Shown here: positions 55,026-64,000 of the stretch, piece after piece
How positions within the stretch are numbered: position 1 is the first letter of the stretch
How the letters are laid out: every line of letters begins with the position of its first letter
Assembly: GCA_015068645.1 (NCBI GenBank)
Contig: SVKD01000006.1
Location: 61,265-125,264 of the forward strand
Source of the DNA: Oscillospiraceae bacterium
GTDB lineage: Bacteria > Bacillota > Clostridia > UMGS1840
DNA: 64,000 nt
Reading direction: 5' to 3'
Notes under the pieces: generated by a model
Told to the model about the DNA's origin: nothing
Databases searched by the model: none
The model's input: the letters and a program-made list of their open reading frames with translations, nothing else
Translations under genes and position numbers: made by a program

Positions 55026-56486
55026 TTAAAAACACATTTTTTCAATATATATTTCGGTAAAATCAGGATTTTGATGCAAGGCAATTGTTTTGGCTTTTTT
55101 TGATAGCTCGTTCATTTTCTTTCGAGCATCGTTTGAAAACAGTGCTAATGTGCCACCAAAGAGGGCGGTATTGCCCAATGCTTTTGTAGTTTTGGCAAAG
55201 TTTTTTGGCAATAAACCAATTTCTTCTGCATTTCTGGAATTGATTTTAGAACCAAAACCACCGGATAAATATAAGGTATCTACTCGATTTGCCAAGGTGA
55301 GCATTCCCGCATGGATTGCCGCTTTTGCCAGTTGCAGTTTGCGGATATCCGACGCTCTGATCATTACATCGCTATTGGGAATCCGAAAGCAGGGCTTTCC
55401 GTGGTGATCTCTTTGACAGAGAGGGTGTTCTTCAATGAGACATCCGCTTTCATCTAAGATGTCAATTGTTTTCATCACCGTCAACACATCCACAATTCCG
55501 CTTCCTGAAATTCCCCGTGGGATTGCATCACCAATTACGTGATGGAAAATTTCGCTGTTTTCTATCCATACGCGGTCAATGGCACCCGGTTTGGCAGGCA
55601 TCCCCATAAAGATACCAGCTCCTTCAAAGGCGGGACCTGCCGCTGTGGAGGCGGTGGAAAGAGTAGAGCCGTCAAAATAGGCGATTTCTCCATTGGTTCC
55701 TAAATCCACAAGCATTGCAGTTTCTTTGGATTCTGCCATACGGGATGCTAAAATTCCTGCGGTGATATCTGCCCCCACAAAAGCAGCAATGCATGGAGCA
55801 AGATAACAAGTTGCTCCGCTAATGGAATATTCTTTTCCAAAAAAATCGGTGGGAGTATAAGGTGCTTCTCCCAAAGGAGAAACATCTTGTCCCGTTAAAA
55901 AATGAAGCATTACTGTATTGGCAACAATCACGATATTTTCAGGGGTGTTGCATTGGGTAATGATTTCTGAAATCTGTTTTTGCAACAGATTAGAGAGCAG
56001 GTTGGGGTGTTCTTTGTCAAAAGCAATTCTTGAAATTACATCGGCACCGTAGGCGGTTTGATAATTCTCCTCAGTAATTTTTTTGACAATGTTTTTATTT
56101 TTATATAAAATGGCAGCGATGGTAGTGGTTCCGATATCAATCACTAAACCGTCGGTGTAATCATAGGTGATAGGGTAATTTTCCCAAGAGAAGTCGATTT
56201 CCACCACAGGGGCTAAGGTTTCAGCCGTAATCGTGACATTTCCTGTTGCCTTTGCCTGACAAGCCAAACGAATATGATTTGCGATTTCGTATTCTGTGAG
56301 AATACTTTTTTCTTTTTCGGTAAGTGGGGAGAGACTTCCGATTGCAGTTACCTTGCATTTTCCGCAGGTGCCGTTTTGTCCGCAAGGCATGGAAATGATT
56401 TCTCCTGCCCGTTTTAACAATTCAGAAAGCAGAATTTCTTCCGAAAACGGGAAAGAAAGACTTTCGTTTATGGTTGCTTCAAACAA
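55026..56486 (-). CDS. ASKHA-domain protein with an N-terminal 2Fe-2S ferredoxin domain (RACo-like, DUF4445 family)
   Basis: Four-Cys ferredoxin pattern CGQNGTCGKCKV...LACQ. ASKHA phosphate motifs (VIDIGTTT, LVDLGTNGE). TTG at 56486 lies 8 nt after AGGTGG; the start is uncertain. Confidence 0.75.
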   Translation of the reverse strand: MFEATINESLSFPFSEEILLSELLKRAGEIISMPCGQNGTCGKCKVTAIGSLSPLTEKEKSILTEYEIANHIRLACQAKATGNVTITAETLAPVVEIDFSWENYPITYDYTDGLVIDIGTTTIAAILYKNKNIVKKITEENYQTAYGADVISRIAFDKEHPNLLSNLLQKQISEIITQCNTPENIVIVANTVMLHFLTGQDVSPLGEAPYTPTDFFGKEYSISGATCYLAPCIAAFVGADITAGILASRMAESKETAMLVDLGTNGEIAYFDGSTLSTASTAAGPAFEGAGIFMGMPAKPGAIDRVWIENSEIFHHVIGDAIPRGISGSGIVDVLTVMKTIDILDESGCLIEEHPLCQRDHHGKPCFRIPNSDVMIRASDIRKLQLAKAAIHAGMLTLANRVDTLYLSGGFGSKINSRNAEEIGLLPKNFAKTTKALGNTALFGGTLALFSNDARKKMNELSKKAKTIALHQNPDFTEIYIEKMCF

Positions 56487-56644
56487 ATCAATCACCACCT
56501 TTTTTACAAGTTCTTGTTTACAGTATAATACAAAAAAATGAAAAAGTAAATAATTTTTCCATTTTTTTGGAAAGGGTTGCATTTTTTTTGATGGTGTGAT
56601 ATAGTGAAAAAAGAATACTTCGCAAAGTGCGAAAGGAGAGTATT

Positions 56645-57424
56645 ATGGATTTAAATGATGTGAGAAACCTCAAGGCGATTGATGCTCACAATCATATTTT
56701 TCATTTCCCGAAATATGATAATGAGATGCAATTAAACGATTTGGAAACCAGTTGGAAGGTTGCTTCTGCTGCCAATACGGATAAAATTTTTATTTCTACC
56801 ATGGAAGCGGTATGCAACGCAGAGATGGTGGAGTCTGAAAATGATTACTTATGGAATTTATCTCAGGAAGTGGACTATCTGTATCAGTGGGTAGTAATTG
56901 ATCCCCGTAACGAAAATAGCTTCCTGCAGGCAAAAAGAATGCTCAACAACGGAAAATGCGTGGGCATTAAATTACATCCCAAAGAACATAACTATACCTT
57001 AGCGGAATTTGGGGACAAAATTTTCTCCTTTGCCTCTGATTTTGGTGCCGTTGTGCAGATTCATCCGGAAGACAGTGCCACCTGGATTTTGCCTCATGCA
57101 GACAAATATCCCGATGTTACTTTTCTCGTAGCACATATGTGCTCCTGGTTAGGCAGAGCTTATGCAGATGCTATTGAGCAGGCAAAACATGGCAATGTGT
57201 GGGCAGATACTTCCGGTTCTGCAAGTTATTGCAATGTGGGAGTAGAATATATTGTGAATCGTGTGGGATCTGATAAAATTTTATATGGAACAGATGGTTA
57301 TTCCTCGGGATTCCAGCGTGGCAGAATTGAATATGCTCAGATTTCCAACGAAGATAAGGCAAATATCTTCAGATTCAATGCAGAACGGTTATTTGCCAAA
57401 ACTTTTGCAAGAGAAAAGAAATAA
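56645..57424 (+). CDS. Amidohydrolase-2-type TIM-barrel metal-dependent hydrolase
   Basis: IDAHNHIF (HxH) N-terminal metal site, with later His and Asp residues (VAHM, GTDG). ATG follows GAAAGGAGAG. Confidence 0.7.
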   Translation: MDLNDVRNLKAIDAHNHIFHFPKYDNEMQLNDLETSWKVASAANTDKIFISTMEAVCNAEMVESENDYLWNLSQEVDYLYQWVVIDPRNENSFLQAKRMLNNGKCVGIKLHPKEHNYTLAEFGDKIFSFASDFGAVVQIHPEDSATWILPHADKYPDVTFLVAHMCSWLGRAYADAIEQAKHGNVWADTSGSASYCNVGVEYIVNRVGSDKILYGTDGYSSGFQRGRIEYAQISNEDKANIFRFNAERLFAKTFAREKK

Positions 57425-57436
57425 GTGGTAAAAAAA

Positions 57437-57470
57437 GAAAAAAAGGTGAACAACTTGTTCACCTTTTTTT
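57437..57470. terminator. Bidirectional intrinsic terminator
   Basis: GGTGAAC / GTTCACC with flanking A and T runs. Confidence 0.8.
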
Positions 57471-57473
57471 ATG

Positions 57474-58607
57474 TTACCTACAAGCCGTAATCAAACGGAA
57501 TACCTGTTCTGCAGTGTCTGCTAAATTTCGGTAGGCATTTTCCACATTCATTGCATCTGCCAAAGAGCAGGGAGTTCTCACAATGGGGAAGAACGCATCA
57601 ATACCGTGGTCATTGCAAATTTTGGCATCCTCAGTCACACAGCCGGAAAACGCAATCACGGTTTTTCCAAACTGTTTTGCCAGTTTTGCCACACCAATGG
57701 GTGCTTTGCCCTGATAGGACTGCCCGTCTAATCGTCCTTCTCCGGTAATCACATAGTCAGCATCTTTGATTTTTTCTGCCAGACCTGTTTCTCTGATAAC
57801 CATATCCACGCCGGATTCCAGTTTTGCATTCAAATAAGAAAGAAAAGCAAACCCAAGCCCGCCTGCTGCCCCTGCACCGGGATAGTTTGCATCAGAGGAG
57901 GGGAGCAGTGATTTGGTTAACTTAGCATACTGTTTCAACCAACCATCCATTTGAATCACCATTTCGGGAGTAGCACCTTTTTGGGGACCGTATACTGCGC
58001 TGGCGCCCCGTTCTCCGCAAAGAGGATTGGTTACGTCACACGCTACACAAAATTCACATTCGGCAAGTTCTTTTAAAGCATTCTCTGTACGGATGGCAAC
58101 AATTTCGGACAATCCTTTGGCACCAAACGGAACCTGTTCACCTTTTTGATTGAAAAACTCAAATCCTAGCGCTTGAAGCATCCCGATACCACCGTCATTG
58201 GTGGCGCTTCCGCCTATGCCTATCACAAATTTGCGACAGCCTTTTTGGATTGCATCATAAATCATTTCACCCACGCCGTAGGTTGTGGTATGTAATGGGT
58301 TTCGTTCTTCTTCCGAAATCAACGTGATGCCGGAGGCTGATGCCATTTCCATAATGGCGGTTTGATTGTTAATACCGTATTTTGCGGTTACCGGAAGTCC
58401 TAAGGGGTTTTTTACGGTTGTTTCTACCCATGTTCCACAAGTTGCAGATACAATGGCTTCCACAGTGCCTTCGCCGCCGTCTGCAATGGGGCAAACGGTT
58501 ACTGTTGCATCGGGAATGACACGCTGGATTCCTTCAGCGATTGCATCTCCCGACTGAAAGGTGGAAAGACTTCCTTTCATAGAATCAATGGCGACAGTAA
58601 TATTCAT
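57474..58607 (-). CDS. glxK: Glycerate kinase
   Basis: 377 aa. N-terminal ITVAIDSMKGSL and family motifs GGSATNDGGIGML and VITGEGRLDGQS. Confidence 0.9.
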   Translation of the reverse strand: MNITVAIDSMKGSLSTFQSGDAIAEGIQRVIPDATVTVCPIADGGEGTVEAIVSATCGTWVETTVKNPLGLPVTAKYGINNQTAIMEMASASGITLISEEERNPLHTTTYGVGEMIYDAIQKGCRKFVIGIGGSATNDGGIGMLQALGFEFFNQKGEQVPFGAKGLSEIVAIRTENALKELAECEFCVACDVTNPLCGERGASAVYGPQKGATPEMVIQMDGWLKQYAKLTKSLLPSSDANYPGAGAAGGLGFAFLSYLNAKLESGVDMVIRETGLAEKIKDADYVITGEGRLDGQSYQGKAPIGVAKLAKQFGKTVIAFSGCVTEDAKICNDHGIDAFFPIVRTPCSLADAMNVENAYRNLADTAEQVFRLITACR

Positions 58608-58768
58608 AAGTTTTCACCTTCGTTTTCTAAAAAAATAATCTGGTCTCGAAGATTAGAAATTTAATTAAAAATATTGTATCATAACAGAGAAAAACTGTCA
58701 AGGAATAATGTTTATTTTTAAAATTATGTATTATATAATATAATTGTATAAAAATCTTTGAAAAAGTG

Positions 58769-58797
58769 TTGACAAGTTTGGAAATAAATGATATACT
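58769..58797 (+). promoter_or_regulatory. Promoter of the giant surface-protein gene
   Basis: TTGACA, 17-nt spacer, TATACT. Confidence 0.65.
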
Positions 58798-58904
58798 TGT
58801 TAAACAATAGGATAGTATATCGTGGTGCATTGTCTGTATCACGAGATTTTTAACTTGCAAAAAAATAAAAAATATACAAAATTTAAGAAAGGAAGTGCCA
58901 ACGT

Positions 58905-61900
58905 ATGAAGAAGTTTTTTAGTCTTCTTCTCGCGCTGACCCTTGTGGTTGGTATGCTGACTGCATTTACTGCATCTGCAGCGGTAAACACTACCGTGTTT
59001 TACAATGCATTGAATGACGAACAGATTACGTCACTTGATGGTGTAACCAGCATCTACGCAACCACAACTTTCACAGGACGTTACGAAGATAACGCTTCCG
59101 TTATCGTTTCTCATTATGCAGCAAACGGTAAACTGACAAAAGTGGAATCTATCGTTCCTGTTGAATCTACTATCGGAGCAAGTGTAACCTACACAACTCC
59201 CGAGATTTCGGTAGCCGATACCGATATTATTAAAATTTTTGCATGGACAGGAGTAGATACCATCAAACCTCTCCTGAAATTCCCCGGCGTAATCAGCCGT
59301 AGTGCAGAAATTCCTCGTCCCACTGCAACTGTATCTTCTCTGAATGTAGGAGAAATTACCGAGGTTCCCTTGACCTTTGCAATGAACTTCAAAGCTGATC
59401 CTGTAACCGAAGCTCAACTGTTAGCTTACGGCAACTGGTATGCAGACTTCGAATTAAAGGTGAACAAAGACGTTACCTTTAATTTAGACGGCACTGCAGA
59501 CGGTTACCTGGCAGGTCAGTATGATTCCTGGAGCCCTGCATGGGTACAGGTACCGAAAAAAGACGTAACCTTAGCGGCTAATACTCCGTTAAAGATTATG
59601 GAAACCGGTGCTCAGACCTATGGCAAACCCGGTCTGAAGTATACCTGTCAGGAAGTGTTCGACAGAGTAAAAGACTTCGATTGCGGTGTATTCTTCACTC
59701 AGGAATTCTTAGAAGCAAATCCGGATTTACACGTAACTCTGGAACTGAGAATGTATAATCCTTTAAATGAAGCAGAATCTTACTTAATTGGTGAAACTTA
59801 TGAATTCACCTGCACTCTGCCCACCACTACCGTAACTGTACTGAATGCAGAAGAATTAGGTTTAGACTACGCGCTGAACTTCTCTGCTAATGAAGTAACT
59901 GACGGTCAGTTATCCGCATATGCTGATTGGAAAGCAGACTATGTTCTGACTGTAAATAAGGATTTAACCTTAAATGCAAACGGCACCAAAGATGCTTACC
60001 TTGCAGGTCAGTATGATGAATTTGGTCCCGAATTTGTAAAAATGCCTGCAACCGAAACCGCTATCGCTGCAAATGAAGCAGTAAGCGTATTAGGTCTGTA
60101 TGGCGCAAACATTACTTTCCGTGATGTGGTAGAAACCGTAAAAGACTTTGATTGCGGTATCAAATTCTCCGATAGCTTCTTAGCTGCTAACCCCGATGTG
60201 GAAGCAAAATTAGAATTAAGACTGTATCATCCGTCCAATAACGGTGCATACTATGTAATCGGCGAATCCTACACCTTCAAACAGCAGCAGAACATTACCG
60301 AAGAAGCACAGGTGTTAACCTATGGTAATGTAACTGCAGAAGTTCCTGCAGGCGTTCTGTTAAATAAAGGTGTAACCGAATTAACCTTAACCACCACCGC
60401 TTTAGAAAATTCTGAAAGTGGCGTGGAAGCAGGTGCAAACGAAACTCTGTCCGCTATGGACGTTCATGTGGAAGGCGTTTCCGAAGAGAACACCACTCCC
60501 ATCATCGTTACCTTAAAAGAAGCAACCGAACCCGGTTACAACAAAGGTAACTTAAGCTTATTCCATGTTGAAGACGGCGTAGCTGTTCCCATGGAAGAAG
60601 TAGAAACCAAAGCAGACTTAGTAAAACATAACCAGTTTACATACGATCCGGCAGACGGTACCATTGCAGTTGCATTGGCAAACTTCTCCGAAATCGCATT
60701 ACTGGCTACCAATGACAAAGTATGGAATGGTGAATACGACTATTCCTGGTATAGTGCAGATAAAACTACCTTTGAAATTGCAAACGCTGACCAGATGGCA
60801 GGTTTCTCTGCAATCGTTGGTGGTATGAACGGTCAGAAAGAAGATACTTTCTTAGGCAAAACCGTAAAACTGATTGCTGACCTGGACTTCGGTGGCATAG
60901 CTGTTGCTGAACCCAACGATCAGCCGGGCGACGTGTTCTATCCTGTTGGTTATTACAACACCGAAGGGACTTACCCCAAATCCGGCACCGCCATCACCAG
61001 CGGAATGAAACCTTTTGAAGGTACCTTCGACGGTAATGGCCACACCATTGCAAACATTTTCCAGACCACCTGGATTATGAAAGGTGACCACAATTGGTAC
61101 ACTCCCCAGGAACAGCACTATCGTGACGGTATGGGTATTTTCGGTAAAGTTTACGGCGGTACCATTAAAAACTTAACCGTTGATAATTTCATCTCTGTTG
61201 GTGAAATCACCACTACCGGTGTTATCGCTTCCTACGCTGAAAGCTGGAATGGCAGAAGTGCTGTATTTGAAAATATCGCACTTACCAACTGTAATCCTCA
61301 GGTTTACAATATTGGTAACGGCGGTATTGTTGGTAGCGGCGGCTGGTACTCTCAAGACGCAACCGACATTGCAAATACCCCCATTATCTTTAGAAATATC
61401 ACTGTAGACAACACCAACAAAATCTCCGCTCTGTGGGGATCCTGGGACGTTGCCTGCGCAGGTATTATGGGTAGATACTACCCCGATAGTAACTGTGGCG
61501 TTTCTTTCGAAAACTGTCACGTTGCTGCACAGATCGACGTTTACAACGACGTTTGTGGTAACTATCAGTACTACTGGTACCGTTATGCAGGTATGATGAT
61601 TGGTACTGTTGAAAAAAGTACAACCGATGAAAAAGGTTATACCGTTCCTGATCTGACCGGTATCACCGCAAAAGATTGTACCGTTCACTTTGGTGATTGG
61701 AACAATTACTACTACTGTGAATTAGTTGATAACTCTTTAGCATCCTATACTCACGATCATCAGTTCAGCCGTCTGACTGAAGTGAAAGAAGTTAACGGTA
61801 CTACCATTACTTACCTTGACGGTACTACCGGAACTGTTCCTGCTTCCGGACGTGCAAACTACGTGGTAGTAAATGGCGAGCATTCCACCGAAAATGCAAC

Positions 61901-64000
61901 CTGTTACCATTTCTTAAATGGTGCAGTTTGGAAACACGAAGATGCAGGATATGAAACCTTCGACTTAAATGGTGACGGCGAATTAAACGACTTAAAAGAA
62001 GACCGTCAGCATTATTATCTGCCCTTCAACCAGTTATTCCAGGGCGATGGCTGGGGCGTAAAAAATATCCCCGTTTATAACGGCGAAGATTACGCATTTG
62101 AAGGCATCACTATCTTAGACAGAGTTGTTGCAGATTCTGTTGTGAAATTTGAATCTAAACATGTAGCTTCTGTGAATACCGGAACCAGCTTAACCGTTGG
62201 TGACCTGTTCAAAGTGGTTGATAACGGCGTTGACGTTGTTACTGAAAATGTACAGGTAGCTGTATCTCCTGTAATTTACGAGGGTAACACCGCAAATGCA
62301 ACCATCAACGTGAACGATGACTGGACGAAATCCACCATCAACTTCACCGGCTATGGTAAAGTGGAAATCACTATCACTGACTACTACTTCTGTACTCCCA
62401 CCACTATCGTTGTGGATGTAGAAGACACATTGCCCAGCATCATTGATGATGGCGAAGCATTTGTAAAACATGTTGCTGAATGCGGCGGAATGATCGCATT
62501 ACCGAATGCAGGATCCAACATGATTACAGTTCATACTGCTGATAACGATGGTTGGTTCAGCTTCAAGATTGGTGTTCCCGAAGATGATACCTATGTATTA
62601 CAAGCAATTCTTCTCGATACCAACGAATATGGTAAAGTATATGGTAATGGTATTACCTTTACCCATACTGATGGTAGAGAATTGGCAATCCCCAATTCCA
62701 ACAATGAAGCTGTCCTGATTGCAGGTAACTGGCATACCATCGGCGAAATCACTTTAGAAGAAGGTAACCATACCTTTATCGTGGAAAACAATGACCCTGC
62801 AAACGGTTATTCCTTCTGGGCTATCAGATTGGTAAAACCCGAAGACCTTGTAGTGGATAAATTCGTTGGTAAAGAAGTAACCTTAACTCACGACTTAACC
62901 ACTATCGAAAGCGGTATCGAAACCACCTTAGGTGAACTGTTCGGCACCGTTGAAGGCGCAGAAATTAACAGCGCAACTGTTACCGTAAACGGTATCAATG
63001 CAACTGTTGACACTGCAAACTGGGCTAATACTCCTGTAGTATTAACCGGTACTGATGCATACACCATCACCATTACCGATGGCGCTAACTGTAACACCGC
63101 TACTACCACTGTTACTCTGAACGCTCCCAATCCTGTTGATAAATGGGTTGGCAAAACTAATATTACCAACTTAACTTTAGCAACTTACGGTACTGCACAA
63201 ACCATCAGTTTCAACGGTTTATTTGATACCAAGGTTGCTGAAAGTCAGATTAAAGGCAGAAAAATTACTGTAAGTCCTTCTGATGTGGTAACTATTAATC
63301 AGTCCACCGGTGCGGTAACCGTTCCCGGTTCTGCAGGCGAGTACAAAGTAACCGTTACTGATGACTTCTACAGCAAACCTGCAACCGCAACCATTCGAAT
63401 CGTAAATCCGAACCCGGTTATTAAATGGAAAGCAAATACCGGCTTAAGCTACGAAGTGGATCCCGGTGCAACCAAATCTCTGAAATTGAGCGATATCTTC
63501 ACCTTACAGAACAATTACAAAGTTGGTACTGTAACTTACACTGTGGGTGGAAAATCCTACAATGCAACTGCTGCAGAATGGGCAAATACCTCTATTAACT
63601 TTGCAGTAGGTACTCATACTGTTACCATCGTTGACGACCTGTTCTGTACCGATGTTTACACCGCAACTGTTACCGTAAATGAAAAACAGCCGGTTGATAA
63701 ATTCACCGGTACTACTGTAACTGTTCAGCATACTTTAGCAACCTTAAATGCTAAAGCAGTTTCCGTAAAACTGGGTGATATCTTCACCGGTACCAATGTA
63801 GTAACCGGTAACATCACCGTTACTATCGCAGGCAAGGCTACCACCGTAAAAGCAAGCGATTGGGCAAATGCAACTATCACTGTTCCCGGTGGTGTTAACG
63901 AAACTGTTACCATTACTATCAATGATAACAACCTCTGTAACACTGCAACCGGTTATGTGAAGTTAACTGCTCCCGCAACCGTGAAGAAATGGAACACTAC
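58905..64000 (+). CDS. Very large secreted multi-domain surface protein (over 1,698 aa, 3-prime end outside the window)
   Basis: ATG at 58905 follows AAGGAAG, and I saw no in-frame stop in the stretches I translated through to the window end. Signal peptide MKKFFSLLLALTLVVGMLTAFTASA. Two ~150-aa tandem repeats (YLAGQYD...VKDFDCG...ANPD). A central beta-helix-like module (WNGEYDYSWY, FEGTFDGNGHTIANIF). A CBM-like domain. At least five ~90-aa Ig-like repeats (WAN..., TITI.D..CNTAT, P.PV.KW). Confidence 0.85.
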   Translation, partial: MKKFFSLLLALTLVVGMLTAFTASAAVNTTVFYNALNDEQITSLDGVTSIYATTTFTGRYEDNASVIVSHYAANGKLTKVESIVPVESTIGASVTYTTPEISVADTDIIKIFAWTGVDTIKPLLKFPGVISRSAEIPRPTATVSSLNVGEITEVPLTFAMNFKADPVTEAQLLAYGNWYADFELKVNKDVTFNLDGTADGYLAGQYDSWSPAWVQVPKKDVTLAANTPLKIMETGAQTYGKPGLKYTCQEVFDRVKDFDCGVFFTQEFLEANPDLHVTLELRMYNPLNEAESYLIGETYEFTCTLPTTTVTVLNAEELGLDYALNFSANEVTDGQLSAYADWKADYVLTVNKDLTLNANGTKDAYLAGQYDEFGPEFVKMPATETAIAANEAVSVLGLYGANITFRDVVETVKDFDCGIKFSDSFLAANPDVEAKLELRLYHPSNNGAYYVIGESYTFKQQQNITEEAQVLTYGNVTAEVPAGVLLNKGVTELTLTTTALENSESGVEAGANETLSAMDVHVEGVSEENTTPIIVTLKEATEPGYNKGNLSLFHVEDGVAVPMEEVETKADLVKHNQFTYDPADGTIAVALANFSEIALLATNDKVWNGEYDYSWYSADKTTFEIANADQMAGFSAIVGGMNGQKEDTFLGKTVKLIADLDFGGIAVAEPNDQPGDVFYPVGYYNTEGTYPKSGTAITSGMKPFEGTFDGNGHTIANIFQTTWIMKGDHNWYTPQEQHYRDGMGIFGKVYGGTIKNLTVDNFISVGEITTTGVIASYAESWNGRSAVFENIALTNCNPQVYNIGNGGIVGSGGWYSQDATDIANTPIIFRNITVDNTNKISALWGSWDVACAGIMGRYYPDSNCGVSFENCHVAAQIDVYNDVCGNYQYYWYRYAGMMIGTVEKSTTDEKGYTVPDLTGITAKDCTVHFGDWNNYYYCELVDNSLASYTHDHQFSRLTEVKEVNGTTITYLDGTTGTVPASGRANYVVVNGEHSTENATCYHFLNGAVWKHEDAGYETFDLNGDGELNDLKEDRQHYYLPFNQLFQGDGWGVKNIPVYNGEDYAFEGITILDRVVADSVVKFESKHVASVNTGTSLTVGDLFKVVDNGVDVVTENVQVAVSPVIYEGNTANATINVNDDWTKSTINFTGYGKVEITITDYYFCTPTTIVVDVEDTLPSIIDDGEAFVKHVAECGGMIALPNAGSNMITVHTADNDGWFSFKIGVPEDDTYVLQAILLDTNEYGKVYGNGITFTHTDGRELAIPNSNNEAVLIAGNWHTIGEITLEEGNHTFIVENNDPANGYSFWAIRLVKPEDLVVDKFVGKEVTLTHDLTTIESGIETTLGELFGTVEGAEINSATVTVNGINATVDTANWANTPVVLTGTDAYTITITDGANCNTATTTVTLNAPNPVDKWVGKTNITNLTLATYGTAQTISFNGLFDTKVAESQIKGRKITVSPSDVVTINQSTGAVTVPGSAGEYKVTVTDDFYSKPATATIRIVNPNPVIKWKANTGLSYEVDPGATKSLKLSDIFTLQNNYKVGTVTYTVGGKSYNATAAEWANTSINFAVGTHTVTIVDDLFCTDVYTATVTVNEKQPVDKFTGTTVTVQHTLATLNAKAVSVKLGDIFTGTNVVTGNITVTIAGKATTVKASDWANATITVPGGVNETVTITINDNNLCNTATGYVKLTAPATVKKWNT

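Noticed and set aside
61962-61991. A dockerin or cellulosome link, suggested by the DLNGDGELND segment in the giant protein.
   Set aside because: There is only a single EF-hand-like loop, whereas a dockerin needs a duplicated 22-residue segment. It is more likely an isolated Ca-binding loop.

Overview
This 64-kb window looks like core chromosome from a moderately AT-rich, spore-forming Firmicute of the class Clostridia. The supporting signs are SpoIIM, SpoVD-type and SpoVE-type genes, an SLH-domain protein, sigma-A TTGACA/TATAAT promoters and AGGAGG ribosome-binding sites. I found no transposase, integrase, phage gene, CRISPR array or recognisable defence gene.

Gene content by region:
- **17.7-32.7 kb, minus strand:** a complete division and cell-wall (dcw) cluster in the order mraZ-rsmH-ftsL-PBP(SpoVD-like)-murE-murF-mraY-ftsW-murG-murA2-ftsQ-DUF881-sbp-ftsZ. 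Its promoter carries three phased AAAGTGG MraZ-type boxes. The cluster lacks murD and ftsA.
- **Left part:** housekeeping genes (rlmH, walJ-like MBL hydrolase, murA, DD-carboxypeptidase, coaX plus an ECF S-component, ldh, azlCD, mtaD, hflX).
- **Right part, more accessory-like:** tRNA-Val, malQ, a LysR regulator divergent from a CofE-fold protein, RNase P RNA, an SLH protein, radA with an ECF sigma/anti-sigma pair, a GT2 synthase, nifS/nifU, a YabE-like wall hydrolase, an orphan RACo-like ASKHA/2Fe-2S protein, and glycerate kinase. It ends with a secreted repeat protein of more than 1,698 aa that runs off the window end and is absent from the ORF track because it has no stop.

The unexplained signals are small-scale, and none amounts to a multi-gene system:
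1. A conserved element of about 70 nt lies between stop codon and terminator behind two unrelated genes 46 kb apart.
2. A second family of structured repeats (core TACGCCTTCGG, four copies) also sits in 3-prime UTR positions, including a 122-nt duplication.
3. Two single-gene cassettes are each bracketed by direct repeats of the same terminator hairpin.
4. Two unannotated tandem micropeptides (44 and 47 aa) carry vicinal-cysteine NCCD motifs and a transmembrane helix, behind a sigma-K-like promoter.
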